Shown here: piece by piece, positions 13,232 through 26,476 of the stretch
Layout: every line of letters starts with the position of its first letter
Numbering within the stretch: position 1 is the stretch's first letter
Source: Squalus acanthias
Taxonomy: Eukaryota
Assembly (NCBI GenBank): GCA_030390025.1
Contig: CM059432.1
Location: forward strand, 54,996,001-55,060,000
Direction: 5' to 3'
DNA length: 64,000 nucleotides
The notes under the pieces: generated by a model
What the model was told of the DNA's origin: nothing
Database searches by the model: none
The model's input: only the letters and a program-made list of their open reading frames with translations
Translations under genes and position numbers: made by a program

Positions 13232-16200
13232 GGACTTTGGCTGAAAGGTATGATTCTGTGAGTATGACTATGTCAGGCTGTTGCTTGACTAGTCTGTGGG
13301 ACAGCTCTCCCAATTTTGGCACAAGTCCCCAGATGTTGGTGAGGAGGACTTTGCAGGGTCAACTGGGCTGGGTGTGCCGTTGTCATGTCTGTAGCCGGTG
13401 TCGAGGTCGATGCCAGGTGGTCTGTCCAGTTTTATTCTTGTTATTTGTAGTGGTTTGTTACAACTGAGTGGCTTGCTAGGCCATTTCAGAGGGCAGTGAA
13501 GAGTCAACCACATTGCTGTGGGTCTGGAGTCAGATTTCCTTCCCTAAAGGACATTAGTGAACCAGATGGGTTTTTATGACAATCCGATAGTTTCATGGTT
13601 ACCATTACTGATACTAGCTTTTTTTAAATTCCAGATTTATTTAATTAACTGTATTTAAATTGGTGGGATTTGAACTCACATTTCCAGATCATTAGTCCAA
13701 GCCGCTGGATTACTAGCCCAGTAACATTACCACTATGCTACCTTCCCTGGGTATGTCCTGTCCCACCGGCAGGATAGACCCACCAAGGGTGGCGGCACAG
13801 TGGTATACAGACAGAAAGGAGTGGCCCTAGGAATCCTCAACATTGACTCTGGAACCCATGAAGTCTCATGGCTTCAGGCCAAGCATGGGCAAAGAAAACT
13901 CCTTTTGATTACTATCTACCGCCCTCCCTCAGCTGATGAATCCGTACTCCTCCACGTTGAACACCACTTGGAAGAAGCACTGAGAATAGCAAGGGCACAG
14001 AATGTACTCTGGGTGGGGGACTTCAATGTTCATCACCAAGAGTGACTCGTTAGCACCACTACTGACCAAGCTGGCTGATTCCTGAAGAACATAGCTGCCA
14101 GTCTAGGCCTGCGACAGGTGGTGAGAGAACCAACACGAGGGAAAAACCTACTTGACCTCGTCCTCACCAATCTATCTGTCGCAGATGCATCTGTCCATGA
14201 CAGCATTGGTAGCAGCGACTACCACACAGTCATTGTGGAGACGAAGTCCCGTCTTCACACTGAGGACACCCTCCATCGTGTTGTGTGGCACTACCACCAT
14301 GCTAAATGGGATAGATTCAGAACAGATCTAGCAGCTCAAAACTGGGCATCCATGAGGCACTGTGGGCCATCAGCAGCAGAATATATTCCACCACAATCTG
14401 TAACCTCATGGCCCGGCATATCCCTCATTCTACCATTACCATCAAGCCAGGGGACCAACCCTGGTTCAGTAAGGAGTGCAGAAGAGCATGCCAGGAGCAG
14501 CACCAGGCGTACCTAAAAATGAGATGCCAACCTGGGGAAGCAGCAATACAGGACTACTTGCATGCTAAAAAGCAGAAGCAGCATGCTATAGACAGGGCTA
14601 AGAGATCCCACAATCAACGGATCAGATCAAAGCTCTGCAGTCCTGCCACATCCAGTCATGAATGGTGGTGGACCATTAAACTACTAATGGGAGGAGGAGG
14701 CTCCATGAATATTCCCATCCTCAATGATGGTGGAGCCCAACACGTGAGTGCAAAAGACAAGGCTGAAGCGTTTGCAACCATCTTCAGCCAGAATTGCCGA
14801 GTGGCTGATCCATATCGGCCTCCTCCTGAGGTCCCCACCATCACAGAAGCCAGTCTTCAGCCAATTCGATTCACTCCACGTGATATCAAGAAACGGCTGA
14901 GCGCACTGGATACAGCAAAGGCTATGGCCCCTGACAACATCCCGGCTATCGTGCTGAAGACTTGTGCTCCAGAACTCGCCACGCCTCTAGCCAAGCTGTT
15001 CCAGTACAGCTACAACACTGGCATCTATCCGACAATGTGGAAAACTGCCCAGGTATGTCCTGTCCACAAAAAGCAGGACAAATCCAACCCAGCTAATTAC
15101 CGCCCCATCAGTCTACTCTCAATCATCAGCAAAGTGATGGAAGGTGTCATCGACAGTGCTATCAAGTGGCACTTACCAATAACCTGCTCACTGATGCCCA
15201 GTTTGGGTTCCGCCAAGACCACTTGGTTCCCGACCTCATTATAGCCTTGGTCCAGACATGGACAAAGGAGCTGAATTCCAGAGGTGAGGTGAGAGTGACT
15301 GCCCTTGACATCAAGGCAGCATTTAACCAAGTGTGGCATCAAGGAGCCCTAGTAAAACTGAAGTCAATGGGAATCGGGGGGAAAACTCTCCACTGGCTGG
15401 AGTCATACCTAGCACAAAGGAAGACGGTTGTGGTGGTTGGAGGTCAATCATCACAGCCCAGGACATCGCTGCAGGAGTTCCTCAGGGCAGTGTCCTAGGC
15501 CCAACCAACTTCAGCTGCTTCATCAATGACCTTCCCTCCAACATAAGGTCAGAAATGGGGATGTTCACTGATGACTGCAGTGTTCAGTGCCATTCACAAC
15601 TCCTCAGAAAATGAAGCAGTCCATGCCCGCATGCAACAAGAGCTGGATGACGTTCGGGCTTGGGCTGATAAGTGACAGGTAACATTTGTGCCACACAAGT
15701 GCCAGGCAATGACTATCTCCAACAAGCGAGAGTCTAACCACCTCTCCTTGACATTCAATGGCATTACCATCGTTGAATCCCCCACCATCAACATCCTGGG
15801 GGTCACCATTGACCAGAAACTTAACTGGACCAGCCACATAAACACTGTGGCAACAAGAGCTGGTCAGAGGCTAGGTATTCTGCGGCGAGTGTCTCACCTT
15901 CTGACTTCCCAAAGCCTTTCCACCATCTACAAGGCACAAGTAAGGAGTGTGATGGAATACTCTCCACTTGCCTGGATGAGTGCAGCTCCAACAACACTCA
16001 AGAAGCTCGACACCATCCAGGACAAAGCAGCCTGCTTGATTGGCAGCTCATCCATCACCTTAAACATTCACTCCCTCCACCACCGGCGTACCGTGGCTGC
16101 AGTGTGTACCATCTACAAGATGCACTGCAGCAACTCGCCAAGGCTTCTTCGGCAGCACCTCCCAAACCCACGACCTCTTCCACCTAGAAGGACAAGGGCA

Positions 16201-16470
16201 GTAGGCGCACGGGAACACCACCACCTCCAAGTTCCCCTCCAAGTCACACACCATCCTGACTTGGAAATATATCGCCGTTCCTTCATTGTTGCTGGGTCAA
16301 AATCCTGGAACTCTCTCCCTAACAGCACTGTGGGAGTACCTTCACCACATGGACTGCAGCGGTTCAAGAAGGCGGCTCACCACCACCTTCTCAAGGGCAA
16401 TTAAGGATGGGCAATAAATTCTGGCCTTGCCAGTGATGCCCACATCCCATAAACGAATATTAAAAAAAAA
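13232..16470 (+). mobile_element. Non-LTR retrotransposon (APE endonuclease + RT, CR1/L2-related group), essentially full-length, with an inverted 5' segment (13232-~13743 on the minus strand)
   Basis: Sense part: PGYVLSHRQDRPTKGGG (13745), VGDFNVHH, NYRPISLLS, PQGSVLGP, YKAQVRSVMEY, A-rich tail at ~16460. Antisense part encodes the preceding VPKLGELSHRLVKQQPDIVILTESYL plus the 5' UTR. Confidence 0.88.
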
Positions 16471-16837
16471 TGCCATTAAATAACATCTAAAACTGTCTTC
16501 ACAAATTATCTGATTATCATAAATTCCTCAAATATTTTGTTTTGCAGCCAAATTTCCTTTGAATCCAGATGCTGTTTTAGGCTCGAAGAAGCTTTGAGCT
16601 GTCACAAACACTTCATTTATTCTGTTTGATACAAAATATACCCATGAACTAAGTAGTAAGATAAGCTTATGTATATTAAAAATGCAGGTGCTTATTCAGA
16701 AATATTGGGGTTGAGTATAGGGGCTTTACTATGGATCTGGTCAAGCTATACCTGACCTAAGAAAACTCAAATCTGACAATGCGGAGAAGATTTATTCTGG
16801 TAGGTATTTGTAGTGAAATCGTAAACACTTTAATGTA

Positions 16838-17237
16838 CAGGAAACTCTTTATTAACCGGCACCGACAGGACCGGCGTGGTGCCGGTTTATCGAAAGTACC
16901 GGATAACGGAGAGTTATATCTACCGAGGCTATTTTTAACAAAGAAAAATAAATAAATCAAGAAATGTGCAGTATACTTCCGACAGCGCCAGGAGGCCGAG
17001 TAGTGGCACTTTTGAAAACTACCCCTACTGACTAAATCGGCGTTCGCGGACTCGGACTCGGGATCGGCAACATTGCCGGTTATTTGAGAGGAGTTTTCGG
17101 AGTACTCGGTGTTCGCGGAGACTAGACTGCGACTCGGCAACATTGCCGGTTATTTGAGAGGAGTTTTCGGAGGATGATTTTTGCCGGTTAAGCGAGAATT
17201 CCGGATATTTGGGTGCCGGATAAACAAAAGTTTCCTG
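16838..17237. mobile_element. Tc1/mariner (pogo/Tigger-like) MITE, 400 bp
   Basis: ~26-bp imperfect TIRs CAGGAAACTCTTTATTAACCGGCACC / GGTGCCGGATAAACAAAAGTTTCCTG; TA TSD on both sides; internal tandem duplication (17040-17170). Confidence 0.85.
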
Positions 17238-18269
17238 TACTTGCATTTACAATTTCACTACAACTAGTGAACTGCGTACATTTGCCCCATGCATGTCTGA
17301 AATGGGAAAATGTTTAATTCTGCAGCACTGGCATCCTTCAAGTTGATGAACAAAAAAACCTCACCAAAATAAAAACAGTGGAAAATAGCATTCTAATAGT
17401 TAGGTGGTTTCTAGTTGCAATTACAGTGTAGATACCACCAAAATAGCTTTTAACATCCTGGATGCACACACAGTATGTTGATTGTATGCTAAAGGACCTG
17501 CATTAAAACTGCCCAAATACATTTGACAAGACAAACCTTTGATTGCATAAATCTGGACTAGATTAAAACCCAAGTTCCAAAGATAAAGGACAGTGTGCTA
17601 ATTTACAATGCAACTCAGTCCCTCTGCAATGTAATTTTCTACTTTCTTAGATGATAAATTGCCACTGACTTTTCAATAATTGCTTTAATCAGATTAACTA
17701 GCTGGAAATTAAATCCTTGATCCCTATAAATCACTGTGCGGCTATATCACCTGTGAACATTGCAGAAAGATCCGGAAAGAAAGGATTTATGGAGCATGAA
17801 GTCAAACTCTTCATGGAGGAGGTGTTGAGGAGGCAGATCTTCATCTCTGCAATTACAGTGAATCCATCAAGCTCCAGAATTTGTAGAGAGGAATAGATCG
17901 CTGAGTAGTTGAACACAATCTCTTGCAATAAAAGAACCTTGAAGAATATCCGAAAGTAGTTGAATGTGTGGTGTATTACAGCAGGGATTGAAAAAGAAAT
18001 GTGCCTTGTTAATTGGGAATCAATACTGTGTAATAATTTAGAAGCTCCTCGAAGGAATATGTGCATAACCATGTACATATGAACATACAAAAATGACAGG
18101 CAGGAAAAGACCAGCTGATCCATCAAGCTTGCCCCACAATCCTGATGCCTGGAGCATCATGACCAGACACTTCGTACTCCCCCCACCCCCTGAGAAAATC
18201 AGTTATAGCTACACAAACAGCAAAAGTGAATGTACAGCCAGCGAGGAGTAGGAGCAGAATTAGACAAAG

Positions 18270-18425
18270 TAAAGAAAGAAAAGCTTGCATTTATATAGCG
18301 CCTTTAATGACCTCAAGATGTCCCAAAGTGCTTTACAGCCAATGAAGTACTTTTGAAGTGTAGTCACTGTTGTAATGTAGGAAATGTGGCAGCCAATTTG
18401 CGCACAGCAAGCTCCCACAAATAGC
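18270..18425 (-). mobile_element. 3' tail of a Deu-domain SINE
   Basis: Reverse complement of the 3' end of the SINE at 53760-53917. Confidence 0.8.
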
Positions 18426-18536
18426 ACTACTATGTAGTGCTTCCTTTTGTTTCCAAAAATGATTATTTGTTTTTAAATTTACTTCATTCTTCAGTAATTC
18501 TTTTTTCCCTCATTTAAGTATGCATTGGTGTGTTTA

Positions 18537-18948
18537 AGTGTGAGCTTGGCTTATTTGAAAGCACTCATGCCTCTTAGCCACAAGGTTGTGAGTTCAAGTC
18601 CCACTACAGGGATTTAAGCACATAATCTAAGATGACACTTCAATCCAGTACTGAGGGAATGCTGCATGATCAGAGGTGCCGACCTTCAGATGAAATTTCA
18701 GATCAGATGCATTTTCAGGAGGATGTAATAGATTCCATGGCACTATTTGAAGAATGGATTGGTTCTCCACCCACACCACCAAAAACAAATCAACTTGATC
18801 TTATTACTTTTTGTGGAACCTCATGTGAGCAAATTGGCTGCTGTATTTGCCTATATTAGAACAGTGACAACACTTCAAAAGATATATAATTGACTGTGAA
18901 GTACTTTGGGACATCCTGAGGTTGAGGAAGGTGCCATATAAATACAAG
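18537..18948 (+). mobile_element. Deu-domain SINE, older diverged copy
   Basis: tRNA head (GTTCAAGTCCCAC), Deu-like core, 3' tail split by the following transposon (AAATACAAG|...|AAGTTCTTTC). Confidence 0.75.
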
Positions 18949-20976
18949 GGGGTGAAATTCAACAGCGCTAAAAAATGGGCGCGGGAACCACGATGCACGA
19001 TATGCCCGCGCCCATTCAAGGAGCGCAGGCAGCACGTCAACTTCGGGCTGCCTGTTAATTATAATGATTGCAGCGCACAGCCTAGCACTGAATGCACTGC
19101 TCACAGGTTGTGCGCTCAGCAGGGGCCCGAAGTTCCCGAGGTTCAAGCGAGGCTAGCTTTAGTTAAAGCAGTCTGCACCTCTTAAAGGTGAGCTGCCTTC
19201 TGCTGATGAAAAATGGTAAAAGTGCTTCAGCACTAACACAAATGGCTCAGGGAAAGTGCACCCAGGGTCTCAGACTCAGCACTTGAGCTTTGTGCAGGGG
19301 TCAACACTGGAAGAGAGGTCCTCTACCCACAAGAGACCCTCCAGAAAGAAGGATGTGGGACCAGATCGCCGAGGCAGTCACTGCTAGCAATGTCGCCCCC
19401 CAGGACTTGGCTCCAGTGCCCAAAGAAGTTTCATGACCTCAGACCAGTGGTCAAGGTCAGTGAATGCATCTTCAAAAGCCGTCTCCTACCAATTGCATCT
19501 CTAGTCTCATACAATGCTCAATCCACAACCCCCACCCTACCCCCCCATAACTCACCTACCAACAATCTGTACCAAACACGAGGCACACCTCACATTCCTA
19601 GCTTCACCTCACCCCCTTGGAGGAGACGGTGCTGGCCATTCTTGGTAGGGCCATGGCTGAGCCCTTGGCCAGCGGCGTGGCTGAAAGAATACAAGATGCT
19701 GATATCTTCATACGTTATCTTCCTCCTCACATCCCACTTCCGCCTCATCCCACAATCTCTTCTGATTTACAAGCTGCACATGGTGTAAGCATGCACCTCT
19801 TGCTTTACCGTCCTCCCCTCACCACAACCCTACCCTTGTGCCTTCCTTATTTCAGACACCCAAGAAATCCAGCCTGCCCAGCCAGTGGTTGACCAAGAAG
19901 AGGGAGAGAAGAGTGAAGAAGAAAAAGAAACACTGTCACTTGATTTCACACTCCCAGCCACTAGCTCGTCGAGGTCGCCCTGTAAGGCCATCTGCAGTCT
20001 CACCCACTGAAAGTCAGCAGCCTTCCACCCAGCCATGCTGCAGCCACTGGGGTAGCACAGCGTAAGAGTACTCGGATAGGCAAAGGCACACGCAAGGCAC
20101 TCAGTAAGGGAATGCACAAGGGTGATTAGTTGATTTTTTTTGATATAATATTGGATGCATATATGGATAAAGCTGGATTGGAAAGTTTGCTTTGTGGTGG
20201 CTTTTATTTCAGCATTGTGGCCAAGACGCTGTGATGGTCAGTAACAGGGAAGGTAAGGTGTGGGACAAATGTTGAAAGGGAAATTGGTGTTGTGTTCACT
20301 AGTACCGCAGGCGGATGATTCGATCCTGGATATCCCGGCCAGAAAGGGACTGTCTGGGTTGCCTCCTTCCTTCCAGTTCCTCCTCTTCTGCTTCCTCCTC
20401 TGCTGCTTCTTTCTCCTCCTCTTCCCTCTGTGAGCAGCTTGTCCCCTTTGCTGCCTCTGCTCCATTTCCATGTCATGCTGCAGCCCAAGGGGGATTGCAA
20501 CTAGAGCCCCCAGAACTGGGAGCAAGTGATGTTCTCAGAGGCCTTCCTTTAAGCCTTGCAAACATCCAGCAGCACTCCCTTCACACTTTAACAACTTTTT
20601 AAATTTCTTACACCAAGCCACTACTCCAATAAAATGTAAAGAAACCAGTACAAAAGCAAAAATCTAAATTTACCTGAAAGTTGCGTGTGTCCCTTTAAGA
20701 AGAGCTGCTAGGGAGTCAGTCATACAGCTGCAGGCACTGCTTTTAAGAGAGCATAAAAAAGAAGCGGCGACATCAAAAATATCAGATTGTGCGTCAATTC
20801 AACGTTGCACGCTGATTGACGTCACAACCTGACTCATTTCTATATCTGGAGTGAGCACAGGCAATGGCAGCGCTGCCGACCTGCCCAAAATGGCGGCCGC
20901 TGCATTCCGTGCTGGAAGTGGCAGAAGTGAAGTGGCCGCCATTAAGTCATCCAAACCGGCCATGAATTTCACGGCC
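18949..20976. mobile_element. Harbinger deletion derivative with a Myb/SANT-like gene remnant
   Basis: TIRs GGGGTGAAATTCA / TGAATTTCACGGCC; TSD AAG; frameshifted WDQIAEAV...RTWLQCPKKFHDL at ~19355-19445. Confidence 0.75.
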
Positions 20977-23900
20977 AAGTTCTTTCTTTATTGAACCATA
21001 AGCATAACAAAATGAACTCAAGAAAACAATAAAGTTTTTTGAGAAATTAAATTATACAGTAATTATATGAAATGTTATAATTGATTATTTTCATGAATAT
21101 ATATGCTACTGATCTTTTCAAATGCACTGCTGTTTGGTTGCCTGTTACTTGTAACTGCTTGTTGTTGCTGGTAGATCGCAAGGCAACACAGTTGGTATAT
21201 CTGTTTAAACATTTGTAGGAATCAGTGTTTGCTTAACACTGGTGGTAGCTATTCTAAATACTTGTGTTCTGTTCACTTCCATTATTCCTATCACCTGATT
21301 GTGTTTATTGAGTCAAGATTTAAAGTGAAAGGTGAAAAGTGCAGCTGCCAGGCACATGGGTGCACTCAAGAAGGAGCTTAGTCCCTGGATTTCTGATAAT
21401 TTGAGTGAAAAGTAGCAGAAGTTCTTTCTTTTGATTTTGCAGGGAGTAGATGGCTATGACATCAGATTAGTGGATATTTTTTTCTGATTACTTGAAATAG
21501 GTAACCATGTTCCAATACTTTTTTAAATTGTGGAGTCAATGAGGTGGCCCTATGTCTTGCACTTTTGTTTTTTGTAATATTCTGGCACAGTGTCAGGCGC
21601 TGTGCTTTATCGCCACGGTCCTTCTTTAAAAAGGTGGTTAGCACTGTGCTGTTTTCACCGTCTCGGAATCATAATTTATTCTGTGTCAGATCCCTCTGGA
21701 TGCCTTTCAATCATTGAGGCATAGCTGAACATACAATCCATTTTCTGTGATTCTAAACAACAGCAAGCAGGAATCAATGAACCAGCTGTTACTGGCCATG
21801 ATATTTAAAGCAAATAGTTACAGTCTTTTTACTGAATATCCTCTCTCCAGTAGCATTAATTCTCAGGGATGAATTTCCGCGGGGGGTTCTCCCACTCACC
21901 CATTGTTAGTTCAACAGAAGAGCTGCGGAAACCCCAGAAAAATGGTGTACATGGAAACATGGGGTTCCTGTGGCTCTTCTGCCAAAGTTACAGTGGCAGA
22001 GCAGGAGAACCCCATGGAAATACACCCCTCATTACTTTGAGGCCACAAAGGGTAGGTATGTTTCATGAGCATTTTTGAAACAAAGTGGCTGATTTTCATA
22101 TATGGCTTTCATCAGGCAGGTAATCGTGGGGCATCCACTCCACCTGCTTGATGATGTCATTGGGAGGCCCAATCAATTTTTGTGGCAAGACCCCATTTAA
22201 ATACAACAGGCAAGCTACCAGCGCTAATAATGCTATTAATTGACAGCTTGTCATTTGGGAGGCTGGGAAATCCGTTGTGCCTGTCGCCACTTGAAGGCAG
22301 CCTACAGCCCTTATAGGGGAGGTACACTTTTCAGCGGTGTTCTGTGGATAATGCATTACTGAGGCATGATGGATAAAAGGAAAATTTTAGATAATTTAGT
22401 TAAGCTAAAGGAGGAGAAAAGGCCAGGGACTAATGTGATACATCCTAGAATTCTTTGGCAGATAAGGGAGGAAATTGCAGAGGTTCTAGATGACATTTAT
22501 GGTACTGACATATTGTAAACTTCCCTGATGGGAGTAAGCACATTGTAGCAATTACAATTCTCTTTTATTCCTTTGTTCTAGAAGGTCTGGAAATAAAAGC
22601 AGTTACCACAGCAATAAGAGCATTACTTTGGACATAACAGTGGCACCAAGGATAAAGGACAGTGCATTGTTAAAAAGATTGAATATTGGACATCTTTGTT
22701 ACTTAGGTAGTGATCTATCTTGTCACTGAACTTTCTTTATCATGTTGGCATTAGTTGGAAAAATCAGAAAGCATCGAATGGAGTCAAGCTTGAATGAGTA
22801 TGTAGGAAGACTTAATTTTTATGTAGAAAATTTTACTTATTTTGGTTCCGATGTCATCAACAAATGCAACAGCGATGATTGATGTGTTACGGTATTTGCT
22901 TGCCTGATGTGGACTTCCTATAGATCTGGTCTGTGACAATAGACCAGTTTTCAGTCATACGGTTTTTCTCAATTTTTGAATAAGAATAGTGTGTCTCATA
23001 TTAGCATGCGGACACCCGCAGTTAAAGGGGAAATTGAGAGGGTTATATGTACATTCAAAACTTCTCTAAAGAAGGTGTTACAAGATTCTGCAACATGCAT
23101 CAGAAATTAGCTGTATTTCTTTTGAGTTGTCATACGATGCCTCAGTATTACACCTGCTGCATTATTCATTGGAAGGAAGTTATGTACTTGTTTTGATATT
23201 TTTAAACCTGACTTGGAAACGTCTATGTCGAGAAGAAAACTTTGTAATGCTGGATCACCAATTTTGAAGCAATATCGCGTGGGGGAAAGAGTATTGGGCC
23301 ATAATTCGCTATAGCTGGGCATCTAACGGTGTCTGCCGTTAGTTAAACTTGCCCTTGCATATTTAGCTTCTTTAATTTTTTTGCGTGGCAAGCTGCTGAA
23401 AGTGTGAACTGATAATGTTGCAGCGAGGGAAACCGGGCATCTGGGACCTGAGTGAACAGGGCAAGCAACTGTGTATCTCCTTAACCTATTAGGTTGAAGG
23501 ATTGTGAAATTAACAGCACACGGACTGAGAAGAAAGTGGGTGAATTCAATGCCAAATCAGGTACAAAAAGAAAAATAAAGAGAGGGAAAAAAAGATTGGA
23601 TTAGGAGAGAGAGAAAAGAGTCAACAAGGAAAAGTAAAAAAAAATTTAAATTTGACATTTTTAAGATCTGCAACAATTAAAATCTGAAGGAATGAGACTC
23701 CTCACTTGCAATAGCTAATTTACAGTGCCAGAGAGGTTGACTGGCAGTAATTAACACTTATCACGTTGTTGAAAGGGAACTTCTATTCTTAGGCAGTCCC
23801 TCGGAACCGAGGATGACTTGCTTCCACATTAAAAATGAGTTCTCAGGTGACTAATGAGTCCAATGTGGGACCTACAGTCTCTGTCACAGGTGGGGCAGAC

Positions 23901-25560
23901 AGTGGTTGAGGGGGTGGGTGGTTGGGGTGCTTGGGTTGACGTGCGCTCCTTGCGCTTGGCTCCACTTGCTCCCAGAGAAGGGACTCGAGCTGTTCGGCAC
24001 CTTCCTCTACTTTGTGCCGTCTTCAGCCAGGGATTCCCAGGAGTCGGTGGGGATGTTGCACTTTTTCAAGGAGTCTTTGAGGGTGTCCTTGAAGTGTTTC
24101 CTCTGCCCACCTGGGGCTCTCTTGCCGTGTCGGAGCTCCGAGTAGAGCACTTGTTTTGGGAGTCTCGTATCGGGCATGTGGACGATGTGACCCATCCATC
24201 GGAGCTGATCGAGCGTGGTCAAAGCTTCGATGCTGGGGATGTTGGCCTGAGCGAGAACACTGATGTTGGTGGGCCTATCCTGCCAATGGATTTGCAGGAT
24301 CTTGCGGAGGCAGCATTGGTGGTACCTCTCCAGTGCTTTGAGATGCCTGCTGTACATGGTCCATGTGTCTGAGGCATACAGGAGGGCGGGTATCACTACT
24401 GCTCTGTAGACCATGAGCTTGGTGCCGGGTTTGAGGTCCTGGTCTTCAAACACTCTCTTCCTCAGGCAACCGAAGGCTGCACTGGCACACTGAAGGCGGT
24501 GTTGGACTTCGTGATCGACGTCTCCCCTTGTTGACAGTAGGCTCCCGAGGTATGGAAAGTGGTCCACGTTGTCCAAGGCCTTGTCATGGATTTTGATAAT
24601 CGGGGGGCAGTACTGTGTGGCGGGGGCAGGTTGGTAGAGGCCCTTTGTCTTATGGATATTAAGTGTAAGGCCCATGCTCTTGTACGCTTCAGTGAAGGTG
24701 TTGACGATGGTTTGGAGTTCGGCCTCCGAGTGTGCGCAGACACAAGCACCGTCTGCATACTGTAATTCGACGACAAAGGATGGAACGACCTTGGATCTGG
24801 ACTGGAAGTGATGGAGGTTGAACAGTTTCCCATTTGTTCTGTAAATTAGCTCCACTCCAGCGGGGAGCTTACTGAGGGTGAGATGGAGCATTGCAGCAAG
24901 GAAGATCGAGAAGAGCATTGGTGTGATGACACAGCCTTGCTTGACCCCGGTCCGTACGTGAATTGGGTCTGTGGTGGAACCATTGGTCAGGATCACGGCT
25001 TGCATGTTGTCGTGAAGCAGGTGGAGGATGGTGACAAACTTTTGAGGGCAGCCAAATTTGAGGAGGACACTCCATAATTCCTCGCGGTTGACAGTGTCGA
25101 AGGCCTTTGTGAGGTCAAAGAAGGCCATGTACAGCGGTTGGTGCTGTTCCCTGCATTTCTCTTGTAACTGATGCGCGGTGAAGATCATGTCCATTGTGCC
25201 CCTTAGTGGACGGAATCCGCATTGCGACTCTGGGAGGAGCTCTTCAGCCACTGGGAGAAGGCGATTGAGGAGGATTCTTGCGATGACTTTCCCTGTGGCA
25301 GACAGCAGGGAAACTCCTCTGTAATTACTGCAATCGGACTTGTCAACTTTCTTGAAGATGGTCACAATTACGGCATCTCTAAGATCCCCTGGCATGCTCT
25401 CCTCCTTCCAGATAAGAGAAATTAGTTCATGAATTCGCGCCAGTAGTGCTTTAGTGCCTCGGCAGGGATTCCATCTGCTCCTGAGGCCTTGTTGTTCATC
25501 AGTTGTCGGATGGTCTTTTCAACCTCATGCCGGGCTGGGGTTGTGCTGAGGTGGTGGCGG

Positions 25561-26243
25561 TGAAGTGGAGTATTTGAAATAAACACTCGACACCAGGTCT
25601 GCGTTCGAAAATTCAAGCAGTCTTTATTCGCACGGCTGGGGAGACAACCTGCTATCTGTCTAGCCAGGCTTCTCTCCAATGATACAAAGTTTTAAGCAGT
25701 CTTTTATACAAAATTTTGGTACATAATTAGCCTCATGCACGATCCATCTTAACAATTTGATTGGGTTTTGCCCCGCGTGCACATTTACTGATTGGTTGCC
25801 TGTGCCGCGTTACATTAAGGTACCGCCTTTATTACCGGAAAAGTATATGTCCGTTATCACCGCAAGCTGTTGTTGCACCTATGACCTTTGTTTATGCCAG
25901 ATGGGGTCTCACCAACATTGTACTTCTGACTCATTGTCCTGCTTTCCTGCCTCTCTAGGCCTTTTTACTTCCAACTCATTGTTCTACTTTCCTGCAAGAA
26001 CAGAACTTACATCCTCTAGGCCTCTTATGGTTCAACGTCTGACTATTTGCAATTGTCTCCAAGTGACACAGCTTGCAGTTGTTAATCATTCTAACACTAC
26101 TGCAAAATTAATATGTTATTCTTAGGTTATCTCAACTGCCAGTTAAGCAACTTAGAAAAAGCTTACTACTGCAAAGGCCTATTAGCTCATTCGATTCCCA
26201 TTCGTAACCCGTAATTATAGTAGAGCTCGAAAGCCCCACTTCA
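25561..26243 (-). repeat. ERV 3' LTR (683 bp)
   Basis: 8-bp terminal inverted repeat. On the minus strand: two CCAAT boxes (~25760, ~25793), TATAAAAG (~25701-25708), AATAAA (25623-25628). Confidence 0.93.
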
Positions 26244-26255
26244 GTCCCCCCTTTT
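26244..26255 (-). promoter_or_regulatory. Polypurine tract of the ERV
   Basis: Minus strand AAAAGGGGGGAC directly abuts the TGAAG start of the 3' LTR. Confidence 0.9.
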
Positions 26256-26476
26256 GGTACTTGCACAATAGTTCAAGTAAACCACCCAACCCACACACTT
26301 CCTTTTCCCATTACAGCTTGAGTGATCAGCTCAATTTGGTCATAGGAGGCGTGTGACTTCAGGTGTGGCAAATTGTGAGAATTATTGTTATTTCATCCTT
26401 CCCCTGCCATTAATTAAAAGCCTACCACTACAAGAGCCCATTAATCTATTTGTTTCCTATGCTTATTCTTAGTAAC

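Noticed and set aside
17040..17170. Direct repeats resembling a CRISPR array
   Set aside because: Only two units, inside a MITE, in a vertebrate genome with no cas genes.
24007..25395. Longest ORF (462 aa) as a functional or host gene
   Set aside because: It is an RTE RT fragment with a damaged catalytic motif (YADG instead of YADD), in an element split by the ERV.
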